A DNA stretch of 64,000 bases. Source: Vicinamibacteria bacterium. GTDB lineage: Bacteria; Acidobacteriota; Vicinamibacteria; Marinacidobacterales; Marinacidobacteraceae. The stretch is from the NCBI GenBank assembly GCA_963555995.3, contig OY821641.1:448001-512000 (forward strand). Reading direction: 5' to 3'. The translations under genes and the position numbers were made by a program. Below the pieces are notes generated by a model, which made no database searches, had not been told where the DNA came from, and was given only the letters and a program-made list of their open reading frames with translations. Shown here piece by piece: positions 1-9,436 of the stretch; position 1 is the stretch's first letter; each line of letters opens with the position of its first letter.

Positions 1-265
1 GCAGCACCCGGAGGAACAGCGTGCCCCGTTCGGCGCCCCTTTCCACCCGCCGCCCGAGCGAGAACGGGATCGCCACCCCGACGATCAACAGGAAGAACGG
101 GAAGATGAGGTCCGTCGGCGTCCAGCCGTGCCAGGGCGCGTGGAGGAGCGGCGGATAGACGTGGGCCCAGCTTCCCGGGTTGTTCACCAGGATCATCCCG
201 GCGATCGTCGCCCCGCGGAAGGCGTCGAGGGAGCGGAGCCGGTTCGGCAGTCCCCCTTGGGACAT
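1..265 (-). CDS. Heparan-alpha-glucosaminide N-acetyltransferase-like (DUF5009/NagX-type) membrane acyltransferase, 5' part (runs off window)
   Basis: Manual translation from ATG at 265: [63 protein letters not shown], the typical RL.SLD.FRG...MILVN.PG....Y..L.HA.W.G....DL.FPFF N-terminus; absent from the ORF track because it is truncated. Confidence 0.85.
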   Translation of the reverse strand, partial: [88 protein letters not shown]

Positions 266-275
266 GCTCGGAGTG

Positions 276-734
276 CTACCGGCCCTTCACCGGATAGACA
301 TCGTGGTTCGGGTCATACCAGAGGAGGTGGAACGTGCGCCCGTCGCGAATTCCGTAGACCCGCTCCTTGCCGGCGATACGAAGGGAGAACAGTTCATCCA
401 GGTCGTCCTGCCGGAGTTCGCCGAGGCGTTTTCGGGCCTTCCGGGACAGTCCTCCCACCGGGACCGGGTGGTTGTTCGTTCCGGCCGACCGTCCGCCGGA
501 TCCCGACATCAGTTCGGCCCAGGTCATGGATTCGAAGTTCTGGAGCACCGGAAGGATCCGGTTCCACCAACGCTCGGATTCCACGCGCCGCCAGCCCCAC
601 GCCCCGTCCATGTCCATCCGGCGCAACCCCCAAACCGGCGTCCGGCCGGTTTCCGGATCGCCGCCCCGCCGAATCCGGGCGTTGCGGTCCGGGTCGTGTT
701 CGGGTCGCCGCCGGGGTTGTTTCCGGGCGGTCAT
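276..734 (-). CDS. Putative RelE-fold (MAG6450-like) toxin, partner of the Panacea antitoxin
   Basis: 152 aa from MTARKQ; C-terminal LFSLRIAGKERVYGIRDGRTFHLLWYDPNHDVYP is a RelE-like signature; ATG overlaps the upstream TGA (ATGA at 731-734). Confidence 0.7.
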   Translation of the reverse strand: MTARKQPRRRPEHDPDRNARIRRGGDPETGRTPVWGLRRMDMDGAWGWRRVESERWWNRILPVLQNFESMTWAELMSGSGGRSAGTNNHPVPVGGLSRKARKRLGELRQDDLDELFSLRIAGKERVYGIRDGRTFHLLWYDPNHDVYPVKGR

Positions 735-1168
735 TCGGCCTGCAGGCCGCCGTAGTACTCCGCCAGATCCTGCTTGCGGATGATCGTGTTCGCTCGATCT
801 CCTTCGGGAATCCCCCGGCGCGCTTTTCGCCAGGGATCTTCCATGTGCGTCAGGTCGCTGAGCCACTGTGATGACTTGTCACCGTAGTACGCGAGGACCG
901 CATCCACCGTTTCGGCCTGGGCCGAAGTCAGTTGCGACGGATTGCCGCCCTTGATCGCTGACAGTCGAAACTGGTGGCGGTGGCGCTCATAGAGTTCCCG
1001 GACGACCGGGCCGTTTGCCCACGCCTCGATCTCTTCCGGGAAGATTTCTGCATCGTCCCAGACGGTGGACCAACCCTGCGCGTAGTACACGAGCTTCTGG
1101 AGCTTCCAGGTCGTCATCGGACCCTGTTTCTCCAGGATGTACGCGGCTACGTCCAGCACGTTCGCCAT
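731..1168 (-). CDS. Panacea-domain antitoxin (DUF4065/GepA/SocA-like)
   Basis: MANVLDVAAYIL...KLQKLVYYAQGW...IEAWANGPVVRELY...LSDLTHMEDPW motifs; GGAGGAGG RBS upstream of ATG 1168. Confidence 0.9.
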   Translation of the reverse strand: MANVLDVAAYILEKQGPMTTWKLQKLVYYAQGWSTVWDDAEIFPEEIEAWANGPVVRELYERHRHQFRLSAIKGGNPSQLTSAQAETVDAVLAYYGDKSSQWLSDLTHMEDPWRKARRGIPEGDRANTIIRKQDLAEYYGGLQAE

Positions 1169-1274
1169 CAGCCGATCCTCCTCCCAGCCGTCACTCGCAA
1201 GCACATCAGCAAGGCCGAATCATAGCGGCGACCGCGGGAGCAGAAGGGCCGCGCCGGGGGAAAACCGCGATCCC

Positions 1275-2831
1275 TTACTGATCCCGGAGCACCTCCGTCG
1301 CCAGCCGGAGCAACTCCCGGTCGTAGGTGCGGAAGTTCTCCCGGGTCAGGGGCACGTGGATGTCCGGAATGACCGGGTTGCCTTCGAGGATCTCGGTGTT
1401 GGGACGCAGGGTGTGCCCGATGTTCCACATGAACTCCGCGACCGGCCGGTCGGTCCCGGGGAAGGTGAGCACCTCCTCGTGCTCCCAGGTGTTGCTGTAG
1501 CCGCCGGTCGGCATGCCGATGACCATGGCCAGCCCGTTGTCGGCGAACATCGAGAGGAACTGGTCCAGGTGCGAGCCGCCGTGCGGTCCGCCGATGATCG
1601 CGGTGCGGCCCCGGAAGTGGACCGGCGCGGGCTCCAGCGTGCCGCCGGCGTCGCGGGGCAGGTGGGCCAGCTTGAACGGGGTGGGCGGGGTGTACTCGTC
1701 GCCCCGGCGGATCGCTTCCGCGCCGTCCGTCCGCGCCCACTCGATCAGCCAGCTCCGGCTGAGGTTGAGCCCGAAGATGTCGGGCGCGTCCGCATCCACT
1801 TCCAAGTTCTGGAACCGCTCGATCAGCGCTTCGCCGGCGTCGCTGATGCGGACGTTGCCGAACGTCGTCCGGAAGGGCCGGCTCACCAGCCGCTGGATCG
1901 CGTAGGCGCCGAAGGAGCCGCCGCTGCTCCCCCGGACATCAATGATCAGGTCGTGGTCGAGCAGCTCGTCGCGCTCCGCGAGTTCCATGAGGGCCATGAC
2001 GTCCTGGATCAGCGAGCGCTCGAAGTCGAGCCACTGGAGCAGGACGATCCGCTCCCCCGCGTTCACGTGCACATGGAAGTTCTCCCGTTCCATCACCGGT
2101 TCGAATCCCTCGTACTCCGGCTCCAGCGCGACGGCGTGCGTGCCGCGGTCCCCGTAGGGCAGGGAGACGTCGTAGCGGTCGCCGGCGGCGTCCTCGAGGG
2201 TGAGGTTCAGGGTCTCGGCGTAGAGCTGCGGCGGGACGTTCCGCACCATCAGAGGCAGCTCCCGCGCCATGTGCCAAGTGAGGCCGTAGCGCGTCGAGTG
2301 CCGGATCCACCGGGTGAACTCGGCGACGTACTCGGGGATGGGCCGGCCGTTCACGGCCACGATTCGATCGCCGGGCTCGGGGGAAGGCAGGTCCATCCCC
2401 ACCCGGGCGACGAAGAACTGAGGGTGGTCGAGGTCCGAGAAGTCGGGAAGGACGAGGACCGGCGCCGCGAGGTCGGGGGTCTCGGGAACCGTCAGGCCGC
2501 CCTCGACGGGGTTCACGCTCAGGTGGCGGTCCCGGCGTGCGTTCGAGAGCTTCACCAGCTCGTAGAAGAGTTCCTCCTCGGTCTCCACGGCGAGGAACTC
2601 CGAACGCAGCGCGCGCATCTCCTCCAGCGCCGAGAAGCGGCCGGCCGTCTCCTTGACCTCGGAGAACGCCTCCCGGCGCGCGGTCTTCTCGATGATCTCG
2701 TCGAAGAGCGTCCCGAGTTGCTCCACCGAAACCGCGAGCGGCGTTCCGGGAGGCTCGTCGGACGCCCCGCAACCCGCGGATGCGCCGATGGCCGTCAGAC
2801 ACAGCGTCGCGAAGGCGAAACGCGTTCCCAC
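1275..2831 (-). CDS. S41-family (tail-specific/tricorn-like) peptidase with PDZ-like domain, probable lipoprotein
   Basis: Signal peptide with SAGC lipobox; PGDRIVAVNG (PDZ); LIIDVRGSSGG, GGSHLD, VIGMPTGG, EGNPVIPDI motifs. Confidence 0.75.
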   Translation of the reverse strand: MGTRFAFATLCLTAIGASAGCGASDEPPGTPLAVSVEQLGTLFDEIIEKTARREAFSEVKETAGRFSALEEMRALRSEFLAVETEEELFYELVKLSNARRDRHLSVNPVEGGLTVPETPDLAAPVLVLPDFSDLDHPQFFVARVGMDLPSPEPGDRIVAVNGRPIPEYVAEFTRWIRHSTRYGLTWHMARELPLMVRNVPPQLYAETLNLTLEDAAGDRYDVSLPYGDRGTHAVALEPEYEGFEPVMERENFHVHVNAGERIVLLQWLDFERSLIQDVMALMELAERDELLDHDLIIDVRGSSGGSFGAYAIQRLVSRPFRTTFGNVRISDAGEALIERFQNLEVDADAPDIFGLNLSRSWLIEWARTDGAEAIRRGDEYTPPTPFKLAHLPRDAGGTLEPAPVHFRGRTAIIGGPHGGSHLDQFLSMFADNGLAMVIGMPTGGYSNTWEHEEVLTFPGTDRPVAEFMWNIGHTLRPNTEILEGNPVIPDIHVPLTRENFRTYDRELLRLATEVLRDQ

Positions 2832-2878
2832 AGGCTCCTAGCCTAAAGGACCGTGGGCCGCATAGTCTTGGACCCTTG

Positions 2879-3451
2879 ATGCCGCCGTTCACCGTTGTCG
2901 CCGGGTGGGTCGCCGGGGTGCTGTCGCTGGTGGCGTTCGTCCCCTACATCGTGGCGATCCTGCGCGGCGAGACCCGTCCGAACCGGGCCACCTGGTGGAT
3001 CTGGACCACGACCGGCGGGGTCCTGCTCGCCAGCTACTACTTCTCCGGCGCCGAGACCACCATCTGGGTGGCGGTGAGCTACTTCGTCGCTTCGCTGGTG
3101 ACGGCGGTGCTGAGCATCCGCTACGGCGAGGGCGGCTCGACTCCCCTCGACCGCGGCTGCCTCATGGGCGCCGGCGCGGGCCTGCTGCTCTGGTGGCTGT
3201 TCGACAATCCCGTGGTGGCGCTGGTGACGACGCTCGGCGTGGACTTCGCGGGCGCGGTCCCGACCATCCGGAAGGCCTGGATCGCGCCGCACACCGAGGA
3301 CCGCCTCGCCTGGGCGCTCTTCATCGCCGGGAACGCCTGCAACCTGGTGGCGGTGGACCGCTGGGAGTTCGCCATCGCGATCTATCCCATCTACTTCTTC
3401 TTGGCGAGCGGAACCATCGCGGCGCTGGTGCTCCGTCCGCGGGCCAGGTGA
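2879..3451 (+). CDS. Multi-pass membrane protein (PQ-loop/SWEET-like fold, uncharacterised)
   Basis: About 190 aa, strongly hydrophobic; PYIVAILRGETRPNRATWWIW and PTIRKAWIAPHTE repeats; 13 nt upstream of the GS-like gene. Confidence 0.6.
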   Translation: MPPFTVVAGWVAGVLSLVAFVPYIVAILRGETRPNRATWWIWTTTGGVLLASYYFSGAETTIWVAVSYFVASLVTAVLSIRYGEGGSTPLDRGCLMGAGAGLLLWWLFDNPVVALVTTLGVDFAGAVPTIRKAWIAPHTEDRLAWALFIAGNACNLVAVDRWEFAIAIYPIYFFLASGTIAALVLRPRAR

Positions 3452-3464
3452 TACAACCCGCGCC

Positions 3465-4745
3465 GTGACCGACCCCGTTTACCGCCGCATCCGGGCGCTC
3501 TGGCCCGACCACCTCGGGCTCGCCCGCGGCAAGCTCCTCCTCCCCGGCGCCGCCGAGACCGGGCACTGCCTCGCCACCTTCGCACTCGGCTTCGACCGGG
3601 AGATGGACGCCTATCCCAACTCGGGCCTCCTCGACGGATTGCCGGACATGCGCGCGGTCTTCGACCCGGCCGCGATCCGGCCCGGCTGGAGCGAGGGCAC
3701 CGGCGTGGTCGTCGCCGACCTGACGCAGCACGGCAAGCCGCTCGAACGCTCCTCCCGCCGCATCCTGAAGCGCGCGATCGCCGAACACGAGTCCGACGGC
3801 CGGCGTCCGGTGGTCGGCATCGAGCTGGAGGCGTTCCTGCTGCAGCCGGACGGCGAGGGCGGCTTCCGGCCGATCCACACCCCCGGTTCCCATGTTTACG
3901 GCTCCGGCCCGCTCATGGACCCCGGGGGGGTCATGGAGGCGGTGCTCGACGCCGCCGACCGCTGCGGGATCGTGCTGGAGTCCTTCCACAGCGAGTACGA
4001 CGACGGCCAGTTCGAGCTGACCCTCGGGAAGAACGACGCCCTCGCCGCCGCCGACGAGGCGTTCCTCTTCAAGCTGCTCGCGCGCGAGGTGGCCGCCGAG
4101 CGCGGCTACCACCTCACCTTCATCGGCAAGCCCTTCAGCGACCGCGGCGGTTCCGGCCTCCACGTCAACCTCAGCCTCGAAGAGGGCGGGAAGAACGTCT
4201 TCGACGATCCGGAGGGCGAGGGCGGCCTCTCGAAGCTCGCCTGGTCGGCGGTGGCCGGGCTACTCCACCACCACCGGGGACTGGCGGGCACGGTGGCGCC
4301 CACCGTGAACGCCTACCGGCGGCTCCGCCCGGGGCAGATGAGCGGCTACTGGGCCAACTGGGGCCACGACCACCGCGGCTGCGCGGTGCGCATTCCGTTG
4401 GAGCGCGGGGCGGGGTCGCGGATCGAGCATCGGCTCGCCGACGGGTCCTGCGGCCCGCACCTCGGGGTGGCGGCCACGCTGCTCGCCGCCCGGCTCGGAA
4501 TCCGGGCCGGGATGACGCCGCCCCCCGAGGAGAAGGGCGACTGTCTGGAGGCGTCGGAATGCCCGGTGAACGTCGCCGCCGATCTGGGGCGCGCCCTCGA
4601 CGACCTGGAGAACGATGCCGACCTCGTGAACGCCTTCGGGGAGGAGTTCGTCCGGATGCACGTCACCGTGAAGCGGCGCGAGTGGGAGCGGTTCCGCGCC
4701 CACACCACCGACTGGGAGAAGCGGGAATACCTCCCGTATCTCTGA
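3465..4745 (+). CDS. Glutamine synthetase-like gamma-glutamyl ligase (PuuA/GlnA-like)
   Basis: GIELEAFL, HSEYDDGQFE, GSGLHVNLSL, NAYRRLRPG, WGHDHR, RIEHRLAD motifs; short N-terminal domain typical of amine-glutamylating GS-like enzymes. Confidence 0.88.
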   Translation: MTDPVYRRIRALWPDHLGLARGKLLLPGAAETGHCLATFALGFDREMDAYPNSGLLDGLPDMRAVFDPAAIRPGWSEGTGVVVADLTQHGKPLERSSRRILKRAIAEHESDGRRPVVGIELEAFLLQPDGEGGFRPIHTPGSHVYGSGPLMDPGGVMEAVLDAADRCGIVLESFHSEYDDGQFELTLGKNDALAAADEAFLFKLLAREVAAERGYHLTFIGKPFSDRGGSGLHVNLSLEEGGKNVFDDPEGEGGLSKLAWSAVAGLLHHHRGLAGTVAPTVNAYRRLRPGQMSGYWANWGHDHRGCAVRIPLERGAGSRIEHRLADGSCGPHLGVAATLLAARLGIRAGMTPPPEEKGDCLEASECPVNVAADLGRALDDLENDADLVNAFGEEFVRMHVTVKRREWERFRAHTTDWEKREYLPYL

Positions 4746-4770
4746 CGTTCTTCGGGACGGCAGCCTGCCA

Positions 4771-5937
4771 ATGAGCTTCGCCGCCACCGTCACCGCCGAG
4801 GAACTCGACCGGGATCCGGACCCCATCCTCGCCCGCCTGCGCGAGGAGGAACCGGTGGCCTGGATCCCGGCGCTCGAGATGTGGTTCGTGACCCGCTGGG
4901 ACGACGTCCAGACGATGGAGGACCACCCCGAGATCTTCAGCGCGTGCACCGAGCCGAGTTTCCTGGCGCGGACGCTCGGGGAGAACATGCTGACGCTCGA
5001 TCCGCCGGCCTGCACCCGGCTGCAGAAGGCGTGCAAGCCGCCCTTTCTGCGCGCCGGACGGAGCGGCTCCTTCGCGGAGACGGAACTCCCCGCGATGTGC
5101 GACCGCCTCATCGAGTCCATGCGGGACGACGGCGAGGCGGACATCATCGCCGGCTACGCGGCGCTCGTGAGCGCGGGCTCGCTCGCCACCGTGCTCGGGC
5201 TCGACGCCTACGACTTCCGCGAGGTCTGGGACTGGTGCGAAGGGCTCTGCATCGGGGTTGCCAACTTCGAGCAGGAGCCGGAGGCGTTCGCGGTCGGCCA
5301 ACGGGCCGCCGACGCGGTGGAGGCGGCGGTGCTGGCCCGGCTCGACGAACTGCGCGAGCGTCCGGAGGCCTGCGGCCTCCTCCACATCCTGCGCGCCGAG
5401 CAGGACCTCACCGCAGCGGAGATCGTGAACAACGTCCGACTCATGATCTCGGGAGGCATCAACGAGCCGCGGGACGGCATCGGCCTCGTCGTCTGGACGA
5501 TGCTGTCCTACGACGGTCTCCGCGAGCAGGCGCTCGGCAGCCCCGCGGCCATGCGGCGGCTGGTGGACGAGGTGCTCCGCCGGTTCACTCCGGTCGGCAC
5601 CATCACCCGCACCACCACCCGGGAGACCGAACTGGGCGGGGTGCGGCTTCCTGAGGGCGTCCTCGTCTCCGGCATCCTCCGGGCGGCGAACCTCGACCCG
5701 GCCCGCTTCCGCGATCCGGAACGGCTCGATCCCACGCGGACCGAGGGCGGCAATGCGGCCTTCGCCCTCGGCGTCCACCGCTGTATCGGTGAGTGGCTGG
5801 GGCGACAGGAGATCCGGGTCGGCGCCGAGCGGCTCTTCCGGAACCTTCCCGGCCTGCGGCTGCACCCGGACGAGCAAGTGACGCTCCGCGGCTTCGAGTT
5901 CCGCGGTCCGCAGAGCGTCCGGGTAGTCTGGGGTTGA
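4771..5937 (+). CDS. Cytochrome P450 (I-helix GGINEP; possibly an O-demethylase-type clade)
   Basis: Heme motif FALGVHRCIG; ExxR (EVLR); 388 aa. Confidence 0.92.
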   Translation: MSFAATVTAEELDRDPDPILARLREEEPVAWIPALEMWFVTRWDDVQTMEDHPEIFSACTEPSFLARTLGENMLTLDPPACTRLQKACKPPFLRAGRSGSFAETELPAMCDRLIESMRDDGEADIIAGYAALVSAGSLATVLGLDAYDFREVWDWCEGLCIGVANFEQEPEAFAVGQRAADAVEAAVLARLDELRERPEACGLLHILRAEQDLTAAEIVNNVRLMISGGINEPRDGIGLVVWTMLSYDGLREQALGSPAAMRRLVDEVLRRFTPVGTITRTTTRETELGGVRLPEGVLVSGILRAANLDPARFRDPERLDPTRTEGGNAAFALGVHRCIGEWLGRQEIRVGAERLFRNLPGLRLHPDEQVTLRGFEFRGPQSVRVVWG

Positions 5938-5941
5938 CGGC

Positions 5942-6733
5942 ATGACGAGCGGCTTTCTCTTTCCCCGGACTCCGACGGGCCGGGCCTCCCTGCTCCCGCC
6001 GCCGCCGTGGCACTACTCGGGGGAGATGCTCACCATCGAGTACCTCGCCGAGCCCGGAGCGGTGGCGGCGCTGCTTCCGCCGCCGCTCGAGCCGGTGGCC
6101 GACCGCCCGGACGCGGTGGCCGCCGTCTGGGCCGAGTGGCAGTGGAGGAGTGAAACCGGGAATGAGGAGCTCGATCCGGTGCGCTCCCAATACAAGGAGT
6201 GCCTGCTGGTCGTCCGCTGCCGCTATCGGGACCAGGACTGGTCGCGGTGCGTCTTCATCTGGGTGGACCAGGACGCCTCGCTCCTGCGCGGCCACGTCCA
6301 GGGCTATCCCAAGAAGCTCGGCGAGATCTGGATGACCCGGCCGGCGCTCATCGGCCGCGCCGGACCGCGGCTGGCGCCCGGCGGCCGCTTCGGAGCGACC
6401 GTTGCGGCGGGTTCCCGCCGACTCATGGAGGCCGAGTTCACGATCACCGGCGAGGCGGAGAGCGCCGGCTTCGTCAACGCCCATCCAATGCTCCATCACC
6501 GGCTCCTGCCGAACGTGGAGGCGGACGGGAGCGACGCCCTCCACGAAATCGTCAAGGTGAGTTCGGAGGTGGAACTCGGAACCGCCTACGTCGGCGACGC
6601 CTCGCTCCGCGTCTTCCCGTCGCCTACCGAGGACCTCTTGTCGCTCGCACCTCGCGAGATACTCGGTGGCTGCTGGCGGCGAGTGGCCCTTACCTTCCGC
6701 GGGGGCGAGACCCTCTCCCGCGGTCAGGAGTAG
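5942..6733 (+). CDS. Acetoacetate decarboxylase-like (ADC/MppR) family protein
   Basis: PPPPWHYSGE, SQYKECL and the Schiff-base Lys motif RGHVQGYPKKLG. Confidence 0.85.
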   Translation: MTSGFLFPRTPTGRASLLPPPPWHYSGEMLTIEYLAEPGAVAALLPPPLEPVADRPDAVAAVWAEWQWRSETGNEELDPVRSQYKECLLVVRCRYRDQDWSRCVFIWVDQDASLLRGHVQGYPKKLGEIWMTRPALIGRAGPRLAPGGRFGATVAAGSRRLMEAEFTITGEAESAGFVNAHPMLHHRLLPNVEADGSDALHEIVKVSSEVELGTAYVGDASLRVFPSPTEDLLSLAPREILGGCWRRVALTFRGGETLSRGQE

Positions 6734-6736
6734 CTC

Positions 6737-7609
6737 ATGGCGGTTGTCGGCTTCGGCCTCCTCTCCCATGTCCCGACCATCATGCTGCCCGAGGAGACCC
6801 GGCGGGAACTGAACGAGGGCAGGGAGATCAGTCTGGTCCCCGGACTCCGCCGCCTCCGGAACGAGGTGTTCGATGAACTCGGGCCCGAAACCTTCGTCAT
6901 CCTCGACACCCACTGGGCGAGCACCGTGGAACACCTGCTGGCGGCGCAGGCGCGCCGCTCCGGCCGCTACACCTCGGACGAGCTGCCCCGCGGGATGGCC
7001 GGGGTTCCCTACGACTATCCCGGCGATCCCGAACTGGCCCACGCCGCCGAGGCGGCGGCGCACCGGCTCGGGCAACCCGCGCACGCTTCGGAGGACCCCT
7101 ACCTCCCGGTCCACTACCCGACGATCAACCTGCTCCACTACCTCTGGCGCGGCGAGCGGGTGGTGTCGGTGAGCTGCTGCCAGACGGGGACCACGCCCGA
7201 CTTCCTGGCGATGGGCCGGGCGATCGGCGAGGCCGCGGAGGAAACCGGCCGGCGCACCGTGCTGCTCGCCTCCGGGGGGATGAGCCACCGCTTCTGGCCG
7301 CTGCCCGAACTCCCGCTCCACGAGGCATCTGATCCGGTCCACGTCCGCACCCCGGAGGCCCGCGCCGCCGACGACGAGCGGCTCGAGTGGCTACAGGCGG
7401 GCGATCATCGGCGCGTCATCGAGACGATGGACGAATACGCCCGCGTCGCCCCCGAGGGCCGCTTCGGGCACTACCTGATGGCGGTGGCCGCCGTCGGCGG
7501 CGCGGACTGCACCGCCCCGGGCCGGCTTTATTCCGAGTACGAGAATGCCGTCGGCACCGGCCAAGTCCACATCTGGTTCGACTGCCCAGGGGACGGTTGG
7601 GCGGGATGA
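6737..7609 (+). CDS. Class III extradiol ring-cleavage dioxygenase (LigB/HpaD-like)
   Basis: SHVPTI, LDTHW, YDYPGDPELA, ASGGMSHRFW, YENAVGTGQVHIWF motifs like homoprotocatechuate 2,3-dioxygenases. Confidence 0.88.
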   Translation: MAVVGFGLLSHVPTIMLPEETRRELNEGREISLVPGLRRLRNEVFDELGPETFVILDTHWASTVEHLLAAQARRSGRYTSDELPRGMAGVPYDYPGDPELAHAAEAAAHRLGQPAHASEDPYLPVHYPTINLLHYLWRGERVVSVSCCQTGTTPDFLAMGRAIGEAAEETGRRTVLLASGGMSHRFWPLPELPLHEASDPVHVRTPEARAADDERLEWLQAGDHRRVIETMDEYARVAPEGRFGHYLMAVAAVGGADCTAPGRLYSEYENAVGTGQVHIWFDCPGDGWAG

Positions 7610-7759
7610 GGGGCGAGCCTCGTCCCATCGGGGGTTGCCATCAAGAGCTGTTGAGGTGGTCCGGCAGGTCCGGCCAAGCCCGAAGGCCGCCGGACTGCAT
7701 GGTGCAGGCTCTATTCGTATCCCGCTCCGGCTCTGCCGTATCAACGGGCCGTTCGCTGC

Positions 7760-8146
7760 TTACGTCATCTCTGGATAGAGGTCGACGTGAACCGTGCGGT
7801 CTGCGTGGAGTGCTACCTCCAGAACTCGGCCCTTGATGTCCTCTTCCGCCAATCGGATCAGCGCGTGCTGAAACAGTCTTGTCTGCACGTCGAGGCTGTT
7901 CAGCCCGTGCGCCACGGTCACGCAGACCAAACCGGGATGCCCTTGCTCACGCTCCATCAGCGCCGTGAAGTCGGCGCTGTCGTTCGTGACCAGTACATAC
8001 CCGTCAGCCACCGCGCGTCGTACCAACGCCCAGTCCTGCCAGGCCCTCAGCCCGAGCCACGTCACGTGGGTGGATTGCGGGTATCCCCGCTCGCGCGCGA
8101 TGGTCGCCAAGTTGGGGCTGAGACACTCGTCGATCAGGAACTTCAC
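7760..8146 (-). CDS. DUF5615 PIN-like toxin (VapC45-like)
   Basis: GTG start overlapping the upstream stop (GTGA); KFLIDECLSP...HV...D.....A.....LVTNDSADF PIN-like motif. Confidence 0.85.
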   Translation of the reverse strand: MKFLIDECLSPNLATIARERGYPQSTHVTWLGLRAWQDWALVRRAVADGYVLVTNDSADFTALMEREQGHPGLVCVTVAHGLNSLDVQTRLFQHALIRLAEEDIKGRVLEVALHADRTVHVDLYPEMT

Positions 8147-8766
8147 CGCGCCGGAGGCAGCGCAGCGAAGGCTGTATCGTCGGAAGCGATTGGCCGGCCT
8201 GAGCGCCAAAAGGGTTCTTGGCGGGGACGGCCCCGGCGCGGGTAGGCCTGGGCATAGAGGGCCGCGGCCTCGATCTGCTCCTCGGTGAGGGCCGGCCAAG
8301 CGTCGCGGACAGCCGCCACGTCATCGCCGTTGGCGAGCATTTCGGCGATGTCGTGCGCCGGGATTCGGGTTCCCCTGACACAGGGAGCGCCGGAGAGGAC
8401 CGCGTCGTCGGTCGTGATCGTCTCGCGAGCCCGCGCCAGACGGGAGAGTCCTGCCCGCACGTCGTCTTTCATTGCGCGGAGGTCCACGGAGACCTCGTGC
8501 AGGCGGGCCGTTTCCGCCTCCGGATGCCCCAGGAGGTAGCGAACCAGCCGGCGGCGGCCGTCGAGCGTGAAGATCGCCGTCGTTTCGTGGACCAGTCTCA
8601 GGCTCACCAAGCCGTCGCAGTGGACGGAGCGGGACCCCTCGCGGCGTCCCGCGGCTCTTCCCAGTACGCCCGCATCAATGACTCGATGGACTTGTCTGAG
8701 GGGCACGCCGGTCACGCAGGCGGCTTCGTTTGCCGATAGCGTCCGAGGTACGCCATCCACGACCAT
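8143..8766 (-). CDS. DUF433-domain antitoxin with N-terminal HTH (VapB45-like)
   Basis: ITTDDAVLSGAPCVRGTRIP...WPALTEEQIEAAALY is DUF433; coupled to the PIN gene. Confidence 0.88.
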   Translation of the reverse strand: MVVDGVPRTLSANEAACVTGVPLRQVHRVIDAGVLGRAAGRREGSRSVHCDGLVSLRLVHETTAIFTLDGRRRLVRYLLGHPEAETARLHEVSVDLRAMKDDVRAGLSRLARARETITTDDAVLSGAPCVRGTRIPAHDIAEMLANGDDVAAVRDAWPALTEEQIEAAALYAQAYPRRGRPRQEPFWRSGRPIASDDTAFAALPPAR

Positions 8767-8772
8767 TAATCT

Positions 8773-8788
8773 TTCCTCCGTAGAGGAA
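8773..8788. promoter_or_regulatory. Short palindrome over the antitoxin RBS (possible operator or RBS-sequestering hairpin)
   Basis: TTCCTC-CGTA-GAGGAA immediately upstream of ATG 8766 in an AT-richer patch. Confidence 0.3.
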
Positions 8789-8909
8789 GAAATAATAGCC
8801 GTACTGCCACGGCGATGCCAGGCGCCTTGTCGTCAAGCTCCCTCGCCTTGGATGGACGCCGCCGAGTGAACCGGCCCGCGATGTAGCAGCGCGCGGGGAC
8901 GGCGGCCTC

Positions 8910-9050
8910 TCAGCCGAGGCAGTGCTGACAGACGCCTGCGTCCCGCTTGTCGAGTTCCCGGAACTTCGCTTTGGCTTCCCGAAGCGAAGCGAAGGGACCG
9001 TGCCACCGGTTGTCCGGGCGCGTATCGGGCTTGCGGTTCCCGGCGCCACC
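8910..9050 (-). pseudogene. 3' remnant of a small CxxC-containing hypothetical gene
   Basis: Startless frame ...RKPDTRPDNRWHGPFASLREAKAKFRELDKRDAGVCQHCLG* with stop at 8910-8912. Confidence 0.35.
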
Positions 9051-9052
9051 GA

Positions 9053-9412
9053 CCGCGGCGCGTCGCGGCCGAGGAACTCGAAGCGTGCGGACCGCTTCCC
9101 CGGCAGAGCGGCGTATGCATCACGCACGGCCGACGCGTCCAGGCGGTCGAGATCTTCGGTGCGCCGAACCTCCTCCGCGCCTACTGGAGCGGCCTCGTCC
9201 GGGCGTATCTCGCGGACCCGGCCGCAACCCGGGACCGGCCCTCCGCCGAGCGCGCTCTCTGGGCCGTGCGCCGCCTGACCTGCATGGAGCTCAAGTCCGC
9301 GCCCGGACTCGGGCTCGGCACGGAAGTCCGGGCGGTGGACGACGTGCTGGCGGGAGTGGCGTTGCTCGTGGAAGGCGGCCTCGTCCACCAGAGCGCCCTC
9401 TTCGCCGGCTGA
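9053..9412 (+). pseudogene. C-terminal fragment of an ARPP-1/DUF6569-like protein (5' end missing)
   Basis: Frame +2 reads PLPRQSGVCITHGRRVQAVEIFGAPNLLRAYWSGLVRAYLAD...APGLGLGTEVRAVDDVLAGVALLVEGGLVHQSALFAG*; no start codon for the N-terminal part. Confidence 0.55.
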
Positions 9413-9436
9413 TCGGCCAAGGGCGGCGCGCACGTG

